From: Strigamia acuminata
Taxonomy: Eukaryota
Length of the DNA: 64,000 nucleotides
Direction: 5' to 3'
Assembly (NCBI GenBank): GCA_949358305.1
Contig: OX442314.1
Span: 2,790,001-2,854,000 of the forward strand
The notes beneath the pieces were generated by a model that saw only the letters and a program-made list of their open reading frames with translations, searched no databases and was not told where the DNA came from. Positions 1 to 11,432 of the stretch are shown piece after piece (position 1 is the stretch's first letter; each line of letters starts with the position of its first letter). Made by a program: the position numbers and the translations under genes.

Positions 1-1513
1 TTAAATCTACTGACGAGCCAACTGTGGTTTTATCCGTTTATCTAAGTTGATAGAGAGTCAAGGGGACATGAATGGCGTACAATAGCGTAAAATATGGGAT
101 TGATCTGTTTTTCTAGATGAATATTAATATTGCTGAATTAAAAATAGAGTTTAAATTAAAATCAATCACTCACACATGTTTGACTCAAATTTAATTGCTT
201 TAATGAATTAAGACACTACACATTTAACGAGCAAATTTTTACGTTTAGACTGGTTTAAAAAATATACAGAAAATAAGTTTAAATGACACTGAGTGCACCT
301 TCTGTCCACAACGTTACATTCATTAATCGAAATCAAAATTGTACATGATTGATAACTGACAGTTATCTGAATAAATTAATACAGAGTACGTAATAAGTTG
401 GGAATGAAGTTACAAGTGCTGTGAGATTTTAATTGTGCTTACAAGATATAGTATTTCTCTGTTCAACAATAAATGAAGTAAACTGCCTATGTCATAAACA
501 AACAACCAATGTGGAGACTGCAAAACAGTCATCGTTTAGCTCTCCAATCACCAATCCAAAAGCATGTAACAAACCGCATATGATAACGGATAGGTTTTAT
601 TTTGCTGGTGCTGCCATCTGTTAGGACTCATGTTTGAAACACTCATAACTTATGAGTGTGTCAAACATGTTGCATTCAAATTTAATTCCACATGGTGGTA
701 TGATTGACCTTAAATTGGTAAATCCTCGTATAAAACACACACTGAGCTTGATTAATTGTTCTGATTAAGGCAGCTCTCATCTTATCATGCACTAAGATTC
801 GTGTTGACCTAATTGTCTGGACAATCACTCATCGTGCTACGGATATTTAAAACTTTATTTGAGACTTTTTTTGAGAAAATAGGCGACTTCTTTTATTGTT
901 TCAGGCTATACTACTTTTTAAACGCTTGCTTTGCTGCTTCACAGCTATTTAGCAGCTCTGCTTGTGTGAAAAGTGTATTTATTAAAAAGAAAAGAAAGAA
1001 AAGAATTTGTTGTATTCTGTAGATGTTGAGATGTGTAGCAGCACCTGAAAGATGGTGACACTATCTGCGTCTTAAACTACAATGCTTTGTTTGGAGAAGT
1101 GCATAGGGAGAAACAACGTGAGCACCCTGATTGGTTTACGTAATTTTCAGGAGGTCACACACAGTAAGAAGGATGTTAATAAAAGAGGGTCTGTAAGAGT
1201 GCAATAAAGAGGGTAAAACATCACTGCAAAACACTGCAGAAGTGGCTTAAGCACTAAATCTAGATTCTTTACATACGGTAAAATGCAGGCGTTTTGTTGT
1301 TAGAACTTAAATTTCCCCCATGATTTTTTAGCTTTTATGATCAATTTAGACATTTATTGTAGTCGTTTTGTTCAATTTAGTTTGATTTAGACCTGCGTTG
1401 TAAAGGACATGTCACATTCTATTAGTGCATTTACAGTACAAATTCAATGCATCCAGTTATAAGTTACTGGTAAGCAATATTTTATTATTTTAAACCCATG
1501 GAATTAAAGGCAA

Positions 1514-4500
1514 TCAAAATAGAAGAAGAGAAAATAAGGAGAAACCAGTGAGAATACCAATAATAGATCCAATCTGACACAATAACTTTACAATGGTAAC
1601 CTCTTGCTGTTCTTCGATTATTTCTCTGATGTTATTTTCAAACATATACCAAACAAACGGTTGTAAATCGCGCTCTAAGCTGTTGATAATTGAAGGATTG
1701 TAGATGGTTTCTTGACAAGATGCTTTGCAGGAACAGTCTTCTCGGGGGTTTGTCTTCAACAGATTTTTCAAATATGTTTCGTAAGTTGTTTTAGCCGTCT
1801 CATGAGATAGGCAAAGGGGAAATTTACTCTTATCCATGGATGGAAGTCTAGTAATACAACAACATTTACTGGAAATACACAGTGTGCCATGACGCATGAT
1901 TTTTTCCAGTTATTAAAAATTGGGCAAACACTTGAACTGTTTGGGGTAGCAACTTAGCAACGTAGCAACTTAGCTAGGTAGATCAAATGTGACAAATTAA
2001 ATTTATTGGCAACAATGACAATTGCTTATGATCATTTTTTTCAATGATTTTAGTTTCTATCTTTGCAAGTTTTAAAAATAAATAATATAATCATTCATTT
2101 TCAAAGTTGTGGCAAGCCTTTTTTTTTAAATTTAACAGTTCTGAAAAAGTTCTTCTTCAGAAATTAAATTGTTTAATTTTTAAACAAAATTAATGGTGCT
2201 CTACGCCTTTTTGCTGTTTTTGCTGTTTATAAATGGAAACCTGAATACACCTGCTGTTACCAATAAATTTGCTCCATTTGATTGTTAAGAATATACTCAA
2301 ACAATGTACGATTTGCAAATTGCAATGTGGGATGCACGGTAATTAGTGGATGAATTACAAGTTACCTGCAATTGAAAGTTTGTTGCTCGAGTATCTTTTC
2401 ATAGCAGTTTTCTTCACATCTTAAAACTTCATCATTTGGTCTGCAAGGACTTCTCGGGGTATTTAATCGAACAAGCTGGAAAGAATAATCAACTAAATGG
2501 CAATTTGGCCACACCCGCAAAAGCTGCGGTGTTGAACAAATTGGGTCCCCAAACCAAAGAAAAATTTGATTTTTTCAAAACTGTCGATAATTTTTCAAAT
2601 TTGTTAGTTGGTTAAGCAGTGATAAACTTGTCAAATAACGGTCGGCGCATTCAAAAGCACTCGGTAAACATTTTTTATTTTAATTTATACTTTTTTAATC
2701 GAGACATTTAAATGACAACCAATGCAGATTAAATTGGGTGCCATTTTTTAAGTCTAATCACGCTATTTAAACTGTTGCAATGGCTTTTCGAATGCGCTGT
2801 ACTCTGGCTTACTATTAGGTTGGCCTTTCTCCGATGGGCCGACCCATTTCACTTGTGTAGTGATACAAAAAATAGACCAAAACACCAGAATTGCAATCGA
2901 TGTACAGACATTGTGCTTTTCAGACAAAGCAACCAATAAACTGAACAAACATGTTTGTCGAAATAGACACAGCATAAAACTGTATATTACAAATGGAAAA
3001 AAACATTTTACTGTAAAATAAAATTAAAATTCTATCATTTTAATCTTTATTTTATAATAATCACAAAAATAAAAACTACTTTTCCTGGTGGTAGTACACA
3101 GTCTACGGTTAGAAGAAGTGAGACTCGGCCAATGGGAGAAAGGGCAACTTTATGGTGAGCCAGAGTATAGTGGATTTATCATTTTTCGAATTCACCGTTT
3201 GAGGGGCGAAGTTGACAAAAAGACTTAAATTGTTGGATACATCGAAACGATATTTCGGATGAAAAAATTGATTTGTTGGCAAAATGAAGTGCTGGAATGC
3301 AGAAAGAGAAATTAGTGTAAACTATTACTAGCTGACTCCAAATAAACAAAGTGGCGGACCCGCTGGTCCGCGACGCACACACTAGCTTGTTAAATTCAAA
3401 GTGATCTTTATTACAAATTATTACATTTAAATATGAGACTGGTCAGCCCTGATTGGCTGACCACAAGGAACAGCCCCCAATTGGCTGTCTACCCCCAAAA
3501 CGTCTATCGGACATATTCGCGTATGCCCGCCCCGCCCCCTGGCGACCGTTGTCGCCTGTCGAAACCCCAAAACTCCACACTCGGTCATCCGACTAAATGT
3601 CGGCGCCCCCGCCGACACCTGTTAACTCGTCTTCGGCTCCCGATGCTGCGTCGTCCTCGAATGTCCACTTCTTCATCTGGTCGATTGGTGCGGTCGTTTT
3701 GTATCGAGGCGGGTTCTCGAGACTCGTAACCTCGTACACTGTGCTCGAAATCCGCCGACCTACTCGCAAAGGTCCCCGGTACAGATTACTGAGTTTTCCC
3801 GCTTTGCCTTGTATTGCGATCGCTTTCCTTCGTACGACGACCACATCTCCGACCTCGTATGTCCGACTTGGTCCTCGATGTCTATCGAACGCCTTTTTCT
3901 GCTTGATCTGGTTTTCTGTAAGTGTTTCGTACGCTTCGTTCCTTACGTCCTTGATTTCCGTCTCGTTTTCATCGTTTTCCTCGACTACTATCGCTGCTAA
4001 TCTTGGCTCAATGATCGTCCTCGGCTGGAATCCATACAACACCTCCAATGGTGTTTTCTTGGTCGATTGGTTGATTCTTGAGTTGATCGCGATTTCAACC
4101 TTGTCAATCCCTTTGCTCCAATCGCTCCCGTCGTCCTTCGTCGTTTGGCTCGCCAACATTGGAACTATCGTTCGGTTCATCCTTTCCACTTGTCCGTTCG
4201 CTCTCGGATTTTCCGTCGAAGTCAGCACGTGTCGAATCTCGAGTTCCGTGCACATCTCTGCAAATAATGCGTTGGTGAACGCAGTTCCTCGATCTGTAAT
4301 AATCCGCGTCGGGATCCACATTCGTGCACACAGTTTCCGAATCTCTTTGCACGTAGTCGTTGCGTTCGTTGATTTCACCGGCATCAGAAAGACCAATTTC
4401 GAAAAATTGCACACCGCCACCAGAATGTGTCGATATCCAATGCCGCTCTTCGGAAAGGGGCCCACATGATCCAGGTGAACAGTGTGGAATGGCACCCTTT

Positions 4501-7500
4501 GTCTCTCGATAATATTCAACTCGCCGGCCCGTTTTCCTCCTGGTTCCTTCCTCATCAAACACTCGACACACGTTCCTACGGCTGCCTTTACGTAACTTCG
4601 CATCCTGGGGAACCAAAACCTCTTCCGAATCGCCTCAATCGTTGCGTCGACTCCTGGATGCGCGTGTCCAATATGCACTTCGTTCGTGATCTGTCTCCGC
4701 ATCATCTTGGGCAAATACAATACATCCCTTCGCCGTCCATTTGCCGTTAATTCGAAATAAACGTGTCCCTTCTTGATTTTGTATCCCCGACTCTTGTGCT
4801 GCATTCGTTCGTCCAATGAACTTTTATCTTCTACCGACAGCGCGTCCTTCAACTCTTTACACTCGGGATCGCTCTCCTGCGCAGCCACGAGCCAGTCGCC
4901 TTCTGTAAATTTAATTTGGTTAACTTTGAACCGTCGTTCCATCTCCGTTTCCTCGCCGCTTGCTGGTTCCGCGTTCCTACTCAGGGCGTCGACGTGGCCC
5001 ATGAGTAATCCTGGTCGATGTATTGCTTTGAAATTATATTCCGAAAGCGCCAACACCCATCTCCCGATTCGTGGCGTCAACTCCCGTTTCTTCAACCCGT
5101 ACCGTACCGCCTCGCAATCTGTCACCACCGTAAACTCTGAGCCGTACAAATACATCCGAAATTTCAATACTGCCCAAACTACCGCCATCAACTCGAGCTC
5201 CGTTGAATGATATCGCTTCTCGCATTCGGTCGTCGTTCTACTCGCGTAGATAATCGGGTGCAGATCGTTTCCTTCGCCTCGCTGCATCAACACTGCTCCG
5301 ATCCCGTCTTGTGATGCGTCCGTATGCACCTCGCACGGTCGTGTGTTATCGTAGATTTTCAACACGGGCTCCGCAATCAATTCTCCAATTAACCCCTGAA
5401 ACGCCGCTTCACACTCAGTCGTCCACACAAACGTTTCGTTCTTGCGAGTTAATTTCGTCAGCGCTCTCGTTTTTGTCGCGTATCCTGCGATAAATCGTCG
5501 GAAATACCCACATAATCCCAAAAAGCTCCTTACGCCTCGTACGTCTTTTGGCCTCGCAAAATTCTTGATCGCGCTTGTTTTCTCGAATCCTGGTCGTAGG
5601 CCGTCTTTCGTCAGTCGTAGCCCGAGAAACTGTACTTCTTCGCAGAGAAAGTGGCACTTGCTCAACTTTAATGTGAGCTTCGATCTTCTCACCTCGATTA
5701 AGATCTTTCGCATCTTCTCGATTAACTCCGCGTTCGTTTTCGCACCCGATAGAAGATCGTCCATATATCTGCGCAGTACTTCGTATGGCAAATGTCCGAA
5801 CGCCAACTCCATCACTCGATTGAAAACAAACGGCGCGTTTATCAACCCAAACGGCATCCGTACAAACTGGTATTTGCCGTTCATTGTCGAAAATGCTGTC
5901 TTCTCTTGCGCTCCGGCCGTCAATTCGATCTGGTAGTAACCCGACGCCAAATCGAACACTAGGAAGACTCGCCATTCGTGCGTCCCGTCGAGTAACTCAT
6001 CCATCCTGGGGCACGGAAAGTGTTCCTTCACCGTTATTTCGTTGAGCGACCTGAAATCAATACAAATTCTCCATTCGCCAGTTTTCTTGCGCACCATCAC
6101 GATCGGACTGTTGAATGGACTCTTTGATCGCGTCACGAATCCTGCTCCTTCCAACTCGGCGACCATTTTGTCGATTTCTTTCTGTTGCGCCGCCGAATAC
6201 TGGTATCGCCGCAAATTCGTTGGTCTTGTCGTTGTAACTTCGATTTCCATCTTGAGATCTGGGAAACATCCGACCTCCTCCAAACTCGTAGCGAAGCAGT
6301 CTCGAAATTCGTCGTTGATCATCGTCAGTACAATCTCCGTCTCTTCTGGCGTCACCGATTTGCCCAAATTAATTTCGTCGGCCGTTATTCGCATCCTCGG
6401 ACTCGCCTCGGTCGTCGCGACTTTCTTGACTTGTACTTGGTGCAACGACGGTTCTTCTTCGGTGATTTCAACGTGTCCAAGCTTTCGACCTCGTGTGACT
6501 CGTACTTCTTCCGGTCCATCGTTGATTATTGGCATTATTGCCCGCTCGTTCTTTACTTCGATCAAGCCTTCCGGTACCTCTAATCGATCCGTCACCGCGC
6601 GTTCGTTTTCTACGTAAAACAACCCGTCTGATTGATTCTTCGCTCGTACCGTCACCAAACTTATCGAGTGGGCTGGCACCACTTTGTTCTCGTCGATCAC
6701 GAGCGCTCGCGGCTTTGCTGCAGTGATTTTCGGCTCGATTCTGGTAATTCCTGCTTCGTCTTGCATCCCTTCCCTCGGTCTGAACGTTACGTATCCTCCA
6801 TCGGACTGCATCGTGATCGTTGGGTGTTTCAAGAATGGCTTCCCTATCCAGACTTCCGTCGGCATCCTGGCGTCGTCGACCACGTAGAACTCGACATCCG
6901 CCAATTTCACGTTCGCGCTTTCTACATCACATCTCGTTCGCCCGCGGTAGCGACTTGCGTCCTGATTAAATCCTTCGATCACGTATTCGTAGTCCGGCTC
7001 CTCGATTTTCGTACGTTTCGCAAACGTCTTACTAATTAGACACACGGCGCTTTGCGTATCGATTCCCGCGCTGCATTTCTTTCCATCGACCCACATCATG
7101 GTCTCGAATTCTGGCTGCATCTCCTCGGCTTCGATCTTGTAAATCTTCTTCGTCTTAACGTCCAACTTGTCCTTCGATGGCTGCTTCCGCTCTTTCTTTG
7201 GCTCTGGGCACGTGTTCGCCATGTGCCCAAATCCGCTACAATTAAAACATTTTGTCCCGTTTGGACACGCGTTCGATAAATGCCCCGACTCGTGACATTT
7301 AAAACACTTCAACTCGTTTGGACAGTCCTCCTTTCGGTGCCCCTTCTCGCCGCATTTGTAACACTTGATCATCGCGTTCCCGGTTGGCTTCGCTGTAGAC
7401 GTCTTCACTTTTGTTTCGACGATCGCGACTTTGGTCCGCGCTTCCACGCTTCGCATCGTTCGGACGATTTCGGTGATATGTTGGTACTGGAGAAAATACA

Positions 7501-10500
7501 TTGGCGCCGTGGCGGTCTTGAGTTTTAGCCCGTCTAACAAATATTCCTGTGCGTCCCCGATCGTCATTCCCAACTTTTCGCACGTGGCCCATTTTCGTCG
7601 TAAATAGGTTTCGGCCGTCTCGTCGTTCTTCTGCGGTGCCCGAATCAACCTTTCTTTCTCGTCGTATGTTAGTCGTTGATCCGGAAAATTCTTCTTCAAC
7701 TCGGCCTCCCACGCGTCAAATTTCCGTATCGTCGTTCCGGAATTTTCGTGCCATACCTTCGCCGGACCATCCAACGCCGCCGCCGCCGTCGTTACTTTGG
7801 TTGCGTTCGTCCACTTGTATTCTTTCGCGTATTCGTGAACGTCCGCCAACCACTGCGTCGTTGTCCGCAACTCGTTCTGGTCTCCCGAAAATCGTGGCAG
7901 TTTCGGCGCGTTTTTCACTTCCTTCGGCTCTTTCGGCGCCTCTGGTTTCGTCTGCATCGCTAGCATCGTCGCCATCATTTGCTTCATCATCTCTTGTACT
8001 TGATCCGCACTAAATCCGCCGTTCATCATCGCTTGTACCGGTGGGTTTTCTTCTATCTCCGGATCGTTGTCTTCTACTTTCTCTTCGTCTTTCTCGTCGT
8101 TTTTGTCGTCTTCTTTGTCGTCTTCCTCTACCTCATCCTGATTCACGTCTTCATCTACGAGTCCTAACTCTGCGAGCACGGCTTGTCGCAACGTGATTAT
8201 CATCTCTCGCTTTAATCTCGGCGGCACGATATTCCGCTCTATCAACAGTGGCTGGACATCTTTGGCTCTCAGTTTGTCCCACTCGGCCTCCGTCGGAAAT
8301 GCCCCGCGTCTGATTTTCGCTACGATTGCTTTTGCTACGGCCATCTTCGATCGTACTTCGGCTAACCTTCGTAACACGTGTTTGTCCTGGCGAACCGACT
8401 CTCGTTTCCCGACCTGTCCACGTGCTATTTGTTAACCCGAATTCTGAATCTCGCTTCCGTCGCCAAAACCAATCGCCTTCTACTTTTCGTCTACTTTATC
8501 GTCGCATCGAATTCGTCTATCCCACTTCTGATGTAAACTATTACTAGCTGACTCCAAATAAACAAAGTGGCGGACCCGCTGGTCCGCGACGCACACACTA
8601 GCTTGTTAAATTCAAAGTGATCTTTATTACAAATTATTACATTTAAATATGAGACTGGTCAGCCCTGATTGGCTGACCACAAGGAACAGCCCCCAATTGG
8701 CTGTCTACCCCCAAAACGTCTATCGGACATATTCGCGTATGCCCGCCCCGCCCCCTGGCGACCGTTGTCGCCTGTCGAAACCCCAAAACTCCACATTAGT
8801 AACTGACAGTGTGAAGGATAAACTTATATCTCACTTCTCGTTTAAAACAGTCACCACTGAGCTCATTGACAATCAATAGAAGGTTTTGGTTTCGAGAAAA
8901 CTGCCGGTCAACTGTGTATATATATTTAAATTAGAGAAATAAAAGTCACTTGTGTTTTTTTTACCTTTATTAAACACAGTACACATTCCATACACTGTAG
9001 GTTTTAATGATAATTTGGGAAAATGTAATTCAATTTCTTCTGCTGTTACCCCGTACTACAAGTTTGTTAAATTTATACACGTTTGAATTGATGATTTAAT
9101 ATTTTTATTTTTTTTACCTTGACAGCATATCTTCGTCGTTTGTCGTAGAAATCAAGAAGATTTGAGGCATTCCACAATTGCAGTGGTTGATTTGCGAATT
9201 CAGATAGTGGATGGAATAAATCCAACAGTTGTAAATCATCACAATCAGTTGTGTTGAGTTTTTTGGCTAATTCCCTTTTAGCATGTAATATGATTGTATT
9301 ATCTGCACATGCAAGAGTGAGTGGAAAATGAATTTTTTCATCTCTAATGAGTTTAACAGTTTTCAAGAGTGGAAATTGAAAATAAGAATCAATCAAGTGG
9401 TAAATGTAGTAGACTGATATCAAACCAAAGAATAGTGATGTTGTGATTTTGATCACTTTTTGAACAAAAGTTGATTTTCGGCGATTCTGTAGCTTTTCGA
9501 GCGTCATTTCAATTTTATCTGTTAACTTAGAATTTGCTGTTGTTGGTTTGCTGATGCATATTTTGCATAAGTGAATGAATATTTCGACCAGTGTCAAGCA
9601 AGACATGCCGAAATAGAGGCCGATGTTTCCTCCAATGTCGCATAGCAAATTGATGATGTCATAAGAAAAGTGTTCGAATAATGTTCGAACGAACGTATTG
9701 ACAACATAAATGTCTATTTTACTTGCATCATCAGGTGTTCTTTCGAATGTTTGGCTGAAACTTGTCTCATCACATAAATTATCACATCTACACTGTGATA
9801 TGCCTAAGGTAAGGTCTTCTATTTGGTTGAACTGAATCAAAGTGTCTTTGTCATTGCATTCCGGTAGATTTCTCGCTTCATAAAATGGATATCTAATGTG
9901 ACAACCTTTATTTAAGTTAACTTCTAATTTTTATTAATAGCAGTCAGATAAAAAAATATTTTGTGAAATGTTTTGATATGTGATTTCTGCACAGAAATAA
10001 ATATTCTTTTATTGAATTCTGTTATTGAGTCGAATTGAAAGACTTACTTGCATTTCATTCGTTTGACGAGACATGGGCGTAAGCAATCGTGTAAATTATT
10101 ATCACATGGATTTTTCTTAGTGTTGATATAATGATACTAAAATACAAGGTTCCAATTCTTGTATTATTATGGGAACGTCCCTAAATTACATACTGTAGCA
10201 TCTTAAAGCGGTCCTTTTTATTATATTATTTTCTAGGGAGGAAGGGAGGGAATTTGTTACTACCTCGTAACAGAAATTTTATGTTACACGTTAATGTTAA
10301 TTCTAGTCAACCAAAACCCAACATTATGTAAATTACGGATGGCCCTCAATACATATTTGTAAATAATTAGCAATTGTGCTTAAATAAAGCTGATAGATCC
10401 AAGAAATACTTTTTATTAATGGCTAGAAAATAATTCTCTTTTCTGTGTGAATAATTATTAATTTAATCCTTACTTCTTGCACTCTAATCCCAACTGTATG

Positions 10501-11432
10501 TTTGTCATGTTTTATTTGTAGGAGTTGCGCAAAACTCTTGTATAAATGATAAACGACTGATGATGGATCTATTAACACCTTGAAATTGAATGCAATGGTT
10601 TCAAGAATGATTATCAAATTTTATTACTGAGTATTTCACAATTTTGACAACTACAAAGGGACGCTCATTTTTTTAAAAATGTGGTGTAACTTTGTGGCTG
10701 TGAGAAATGCAAAACAAATTGTGAGAATTGTCAATGAAATTAAATACTCACTCGAACATATTCACATTGCTTGGGAAAGTTAATTTTTATGACCACCTTA
10801 TAAGCAGCATTCCCATAAGGAATCGAAATTGCTAAGGGGAAAAAGAACTTGTAAAAATAAGAAAACAGGAAATATTGTTGACTTACGACTGGAAACTTGT
10901 GCAGTGGCATCACTCACAGTGTCATAATTTGCAATTGTAAGGTTAATGCGCATTTTAGGCTGCAAATATATTTTATTGCTCATTTGATTAAACTTTTCTA
11001 GTTTGGTTAGGAGAAAAAATGAAAATGATTTACTGTTTTGAAGTAGGCATCAGTTATGTAACTAAGTGTAGTCGAGTATTGTAGAATATCACTGAGGTTA
11101 AATTTTGAATGTGCTGGGCTCATTGTACCAGCTATACATTGATCTTTGTAGTCAGGTTTTTTTGTCTTGTTGAAAATAAAATTGTTAAATTCTTCCGTAG
11201 TGTACGGATACAAATAAACATAAGGAAAGGAACCATGCGTTGTTTCAATCATGTGTGCATCAACTGCTGTGGGTTTGTCCATGAGATACAATACCCGATC
11301 TACTGTTTGATAAACACAAGCTGCCAAATTGATAATTAGTAACACGCAAAGTAAAATCTTGATATTTCTTTTCTTCTGCAAGATATTTGTCAAACTTTTG
11401 ATGAATGCCGGAGTACTCTGTTGCTTCGACAT
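1514..11432 (-). CDS. DEG/ENaC (pickpocket/degenerin-like) channel gene encoding two tandem subunits in one ~745-aa polypeptide. Proposed exons: 11432-11063, 10997-10887, 10831-10752, 10578-10474, 10136-10048, 9892-9118, 9055-8965, 8911-8835, 3291-3196, 2475-2366, 1847-1514
   Basis: Two TM1+FP motifs (ACVYQTVDRVLYL...SFPYV; SVYYIYHLIDSYFQFP...HFPLTLAC), two Cys-rich thumb regions (CRCDNLC; CSCKASC), TVYGMCTVFN, and two TM2 signatures (CDIGGNIGLYFGMS; CQIGSIIGILTGFS). All proposed introns are GT-AG and the exon phases join into one open 2238-nt frame. One acceptor is a weaker AAG. Confidence 0.82.
2795..3170. repeat. Degenerate inverted-repeat (MITE-like) element in an intron
   Basis: CTGTACTCTGGCTTTACTATTAGGTTGGCCTTTCTCCGATGGGCCGA near 2796 is an imperfect reverse complement of TCGGCCAATGGGAGAAAGGGCAACTTTATGGTGAGCCAGAGTATAG near 3125-3170. 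Confidence 0.55.
3316..3579 (-). repeat. 3' LTR of Gypsy element 1
   Basis: Direct repeat identical to 8532-8795. Confidence 0.97.
3593..8344 (-). CDS. Gag-Pol polyprotein (SAP-like N-terminus, capsid, 3x CCHC knuckle, protease, RT, RNase H, integrase)
   Basis: Knuckles CYKCGEKGHRKEDC, CFKCHESGHLSNAC and CFNCSGFGHMANTC. Protease IDTQS, RT YMDD, RNase H TDAS, integrase HHCC plus D-D-E and a GPL C-terminal motif. First ATG is at 8344. Confidence 0.95.
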   Translation of the reverse strand: MAVAKAIVAKIRRGAFPTEAEWDKLRAKDVQPLLIERNIVPPRLKREMIITLRQAVLAELGLVDEDVNQDEVEEDDKEDDKNDEKDEEKVEDNDPEIEENPPVQAMMNGGFSADQVQEMMKQMMATMLAMQTKPEAPKEPKEVKNAPKLPRFSGDQNELRTTTQWLADVHEYAKEYKWTNATKVTTAAAALDGPAKVWHENSGTTIRKFDAWEAELKKNFPDQRLTYDEKERLIRAPQKNDETAETYLRRKWATCEKLGMTIGDAQEYLLDGLKLKTATAPMYFLQYQHITEIVRTMRSVEARTKVAIVETKVKTSTAKPTGNAMIKCYKCGEKGHRKEDCPNELKCFKCHESGHLSNACPNGTKCFNCSGFGHMANTCPEPKKERKQPSKDKLDVKTKKIYKIEAEEMQPEFETMMWVDGKKCSAGIDTQSAVCLISKTFAKRTKIEEPDYEYVIEGFNQDASRYRGRTRCDVESANVKLADVEFYVVDDARMPTEVWIGKPFLKHPTITMQSDGGYVTFRPREGMQDEAGITRIEPKITAAKPRALVIDENKVVPAHSISLVTVRAKNQSDGLFYVENERAVTDRLEVPEGLIEVKNERAIMPIINDGPEEVRVTRGRKLGHVEITEEEPSLHQVQVKKVATTEASPRMRITADEINLGKSVTPEETEIVLTMINDEFRDCFATSLEEVGCFPDLKMEIEVTTTRPTNLRRYQYSAAQQKEIDKMVAELEGAGFVTRSKSPFNSPIVMVRKKTGEWRICIDFRSLNEITVKEHFPCPRMDELLDGTHEWRVFLVFDLASGYYQIELTAGAQEKTAFSTMNGKYQFVRMPFGLINAPFVFNRVMELAFGHLPYEVLRRYMDDLLSGAKTNAELIEKMRKILIEVRRSKLTLKLSKCHFLCEEVQFLGLRLTKDGLRPGFEKTSAIKNFARPKDVRGVRSFLGLCGYFRRFIAGYATKTRALTKLTRKNETFVWTTECEAAFQGLIGELIAEPVLKIYDNTRPCEVHTDASQDGIGAVLMQRGEGNDLHPIIYASRTTTECEKRYHSTELELMAVVWAVLKFRMYLYGSEFTVVTDCEAVRYGLKKRELTPRIGRWVLALSEYNFKAIHRPGLLMGHVDALSRNAEPASGEETEMERRFKVNQIKFTEGDWLVAAQESDPECKELKDALSVEDKSSLDERMQHKSRGYKIKKGHVYFELTANGRRRDVLYLPKMMRRQITNEVHIGHAHPGVDATIEAIRKRFWFPRMRSYVKAAVGTCVECLMRKEPGGKRAGELNIIERQRVPFHTVHLDHVGPFPKSGIGYRHILVAVCNFSKLVFLMPVKSTNATTTCKEIRKLCARMWIPTRIITDRGTAFTNALFAEMCTELEIRHVLTSTENPRANGQVERMNRTIVPMLASQTTKDDGSDWSKGIDKVEIAINSRINQSTKKTPLEVLYGFQPRTIIEPRLAAIVVEENDENETEIKDVRNEAYETLTENQIKQKKAFDRHRGPSRTYEVGDVVVVRRKAIAIQGKAGKLSNLYRGPLRVGRRISSTVYEVTSLENPPRYKTTAPIDQMKKWTFEDDAASGAEDELTGVGGGADI
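8532..8795 (-). repeat. 5' LTR of Gypsy element 1
   Basis: Direct repeat identical to 3316-3579, adjacent to the PBS. Confidence 0.97.

Larger units (their letters stand above)
3316..8795 (-). mobile_element. Full-length Ty3/Gypsy LTR retrotransposon (Micropia/Mdg3-like), 5480 bp
   Basis: Identical 264-bp LTRs (3316-3579, 8532-8795; TG...CA). 4-bp TSD TTAG (3312-3315, 8796-8799). PBS TCAGAAGTGGGAT (tRNA-Leu type) follows the 5' LTR on the minus strand. Single intact gag-pol ORF. Confidence 0.97.

Noticed and set aside
1..1513. Possible third DEG/ENaC repeat that would make a concatenated trimer
   Set aside because: A stop follows the second TM2, and no channel-like exons were recognised downstream.
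3597..8547. Many plus-strand ORFs antisense to gag-pol (likewise within 22107-30836 and 45858-48077)
   Set aside because: They are shadow ORFs of coding sequence with no recognisable motifs.
10579..10697. Alternative ENaC exon start at 10697 that would imply a premature TGA
   Set aside because: An acceptor at 10579 gives an open in-phase exon that parallels the second repeat, so pseudogene status is not supported.
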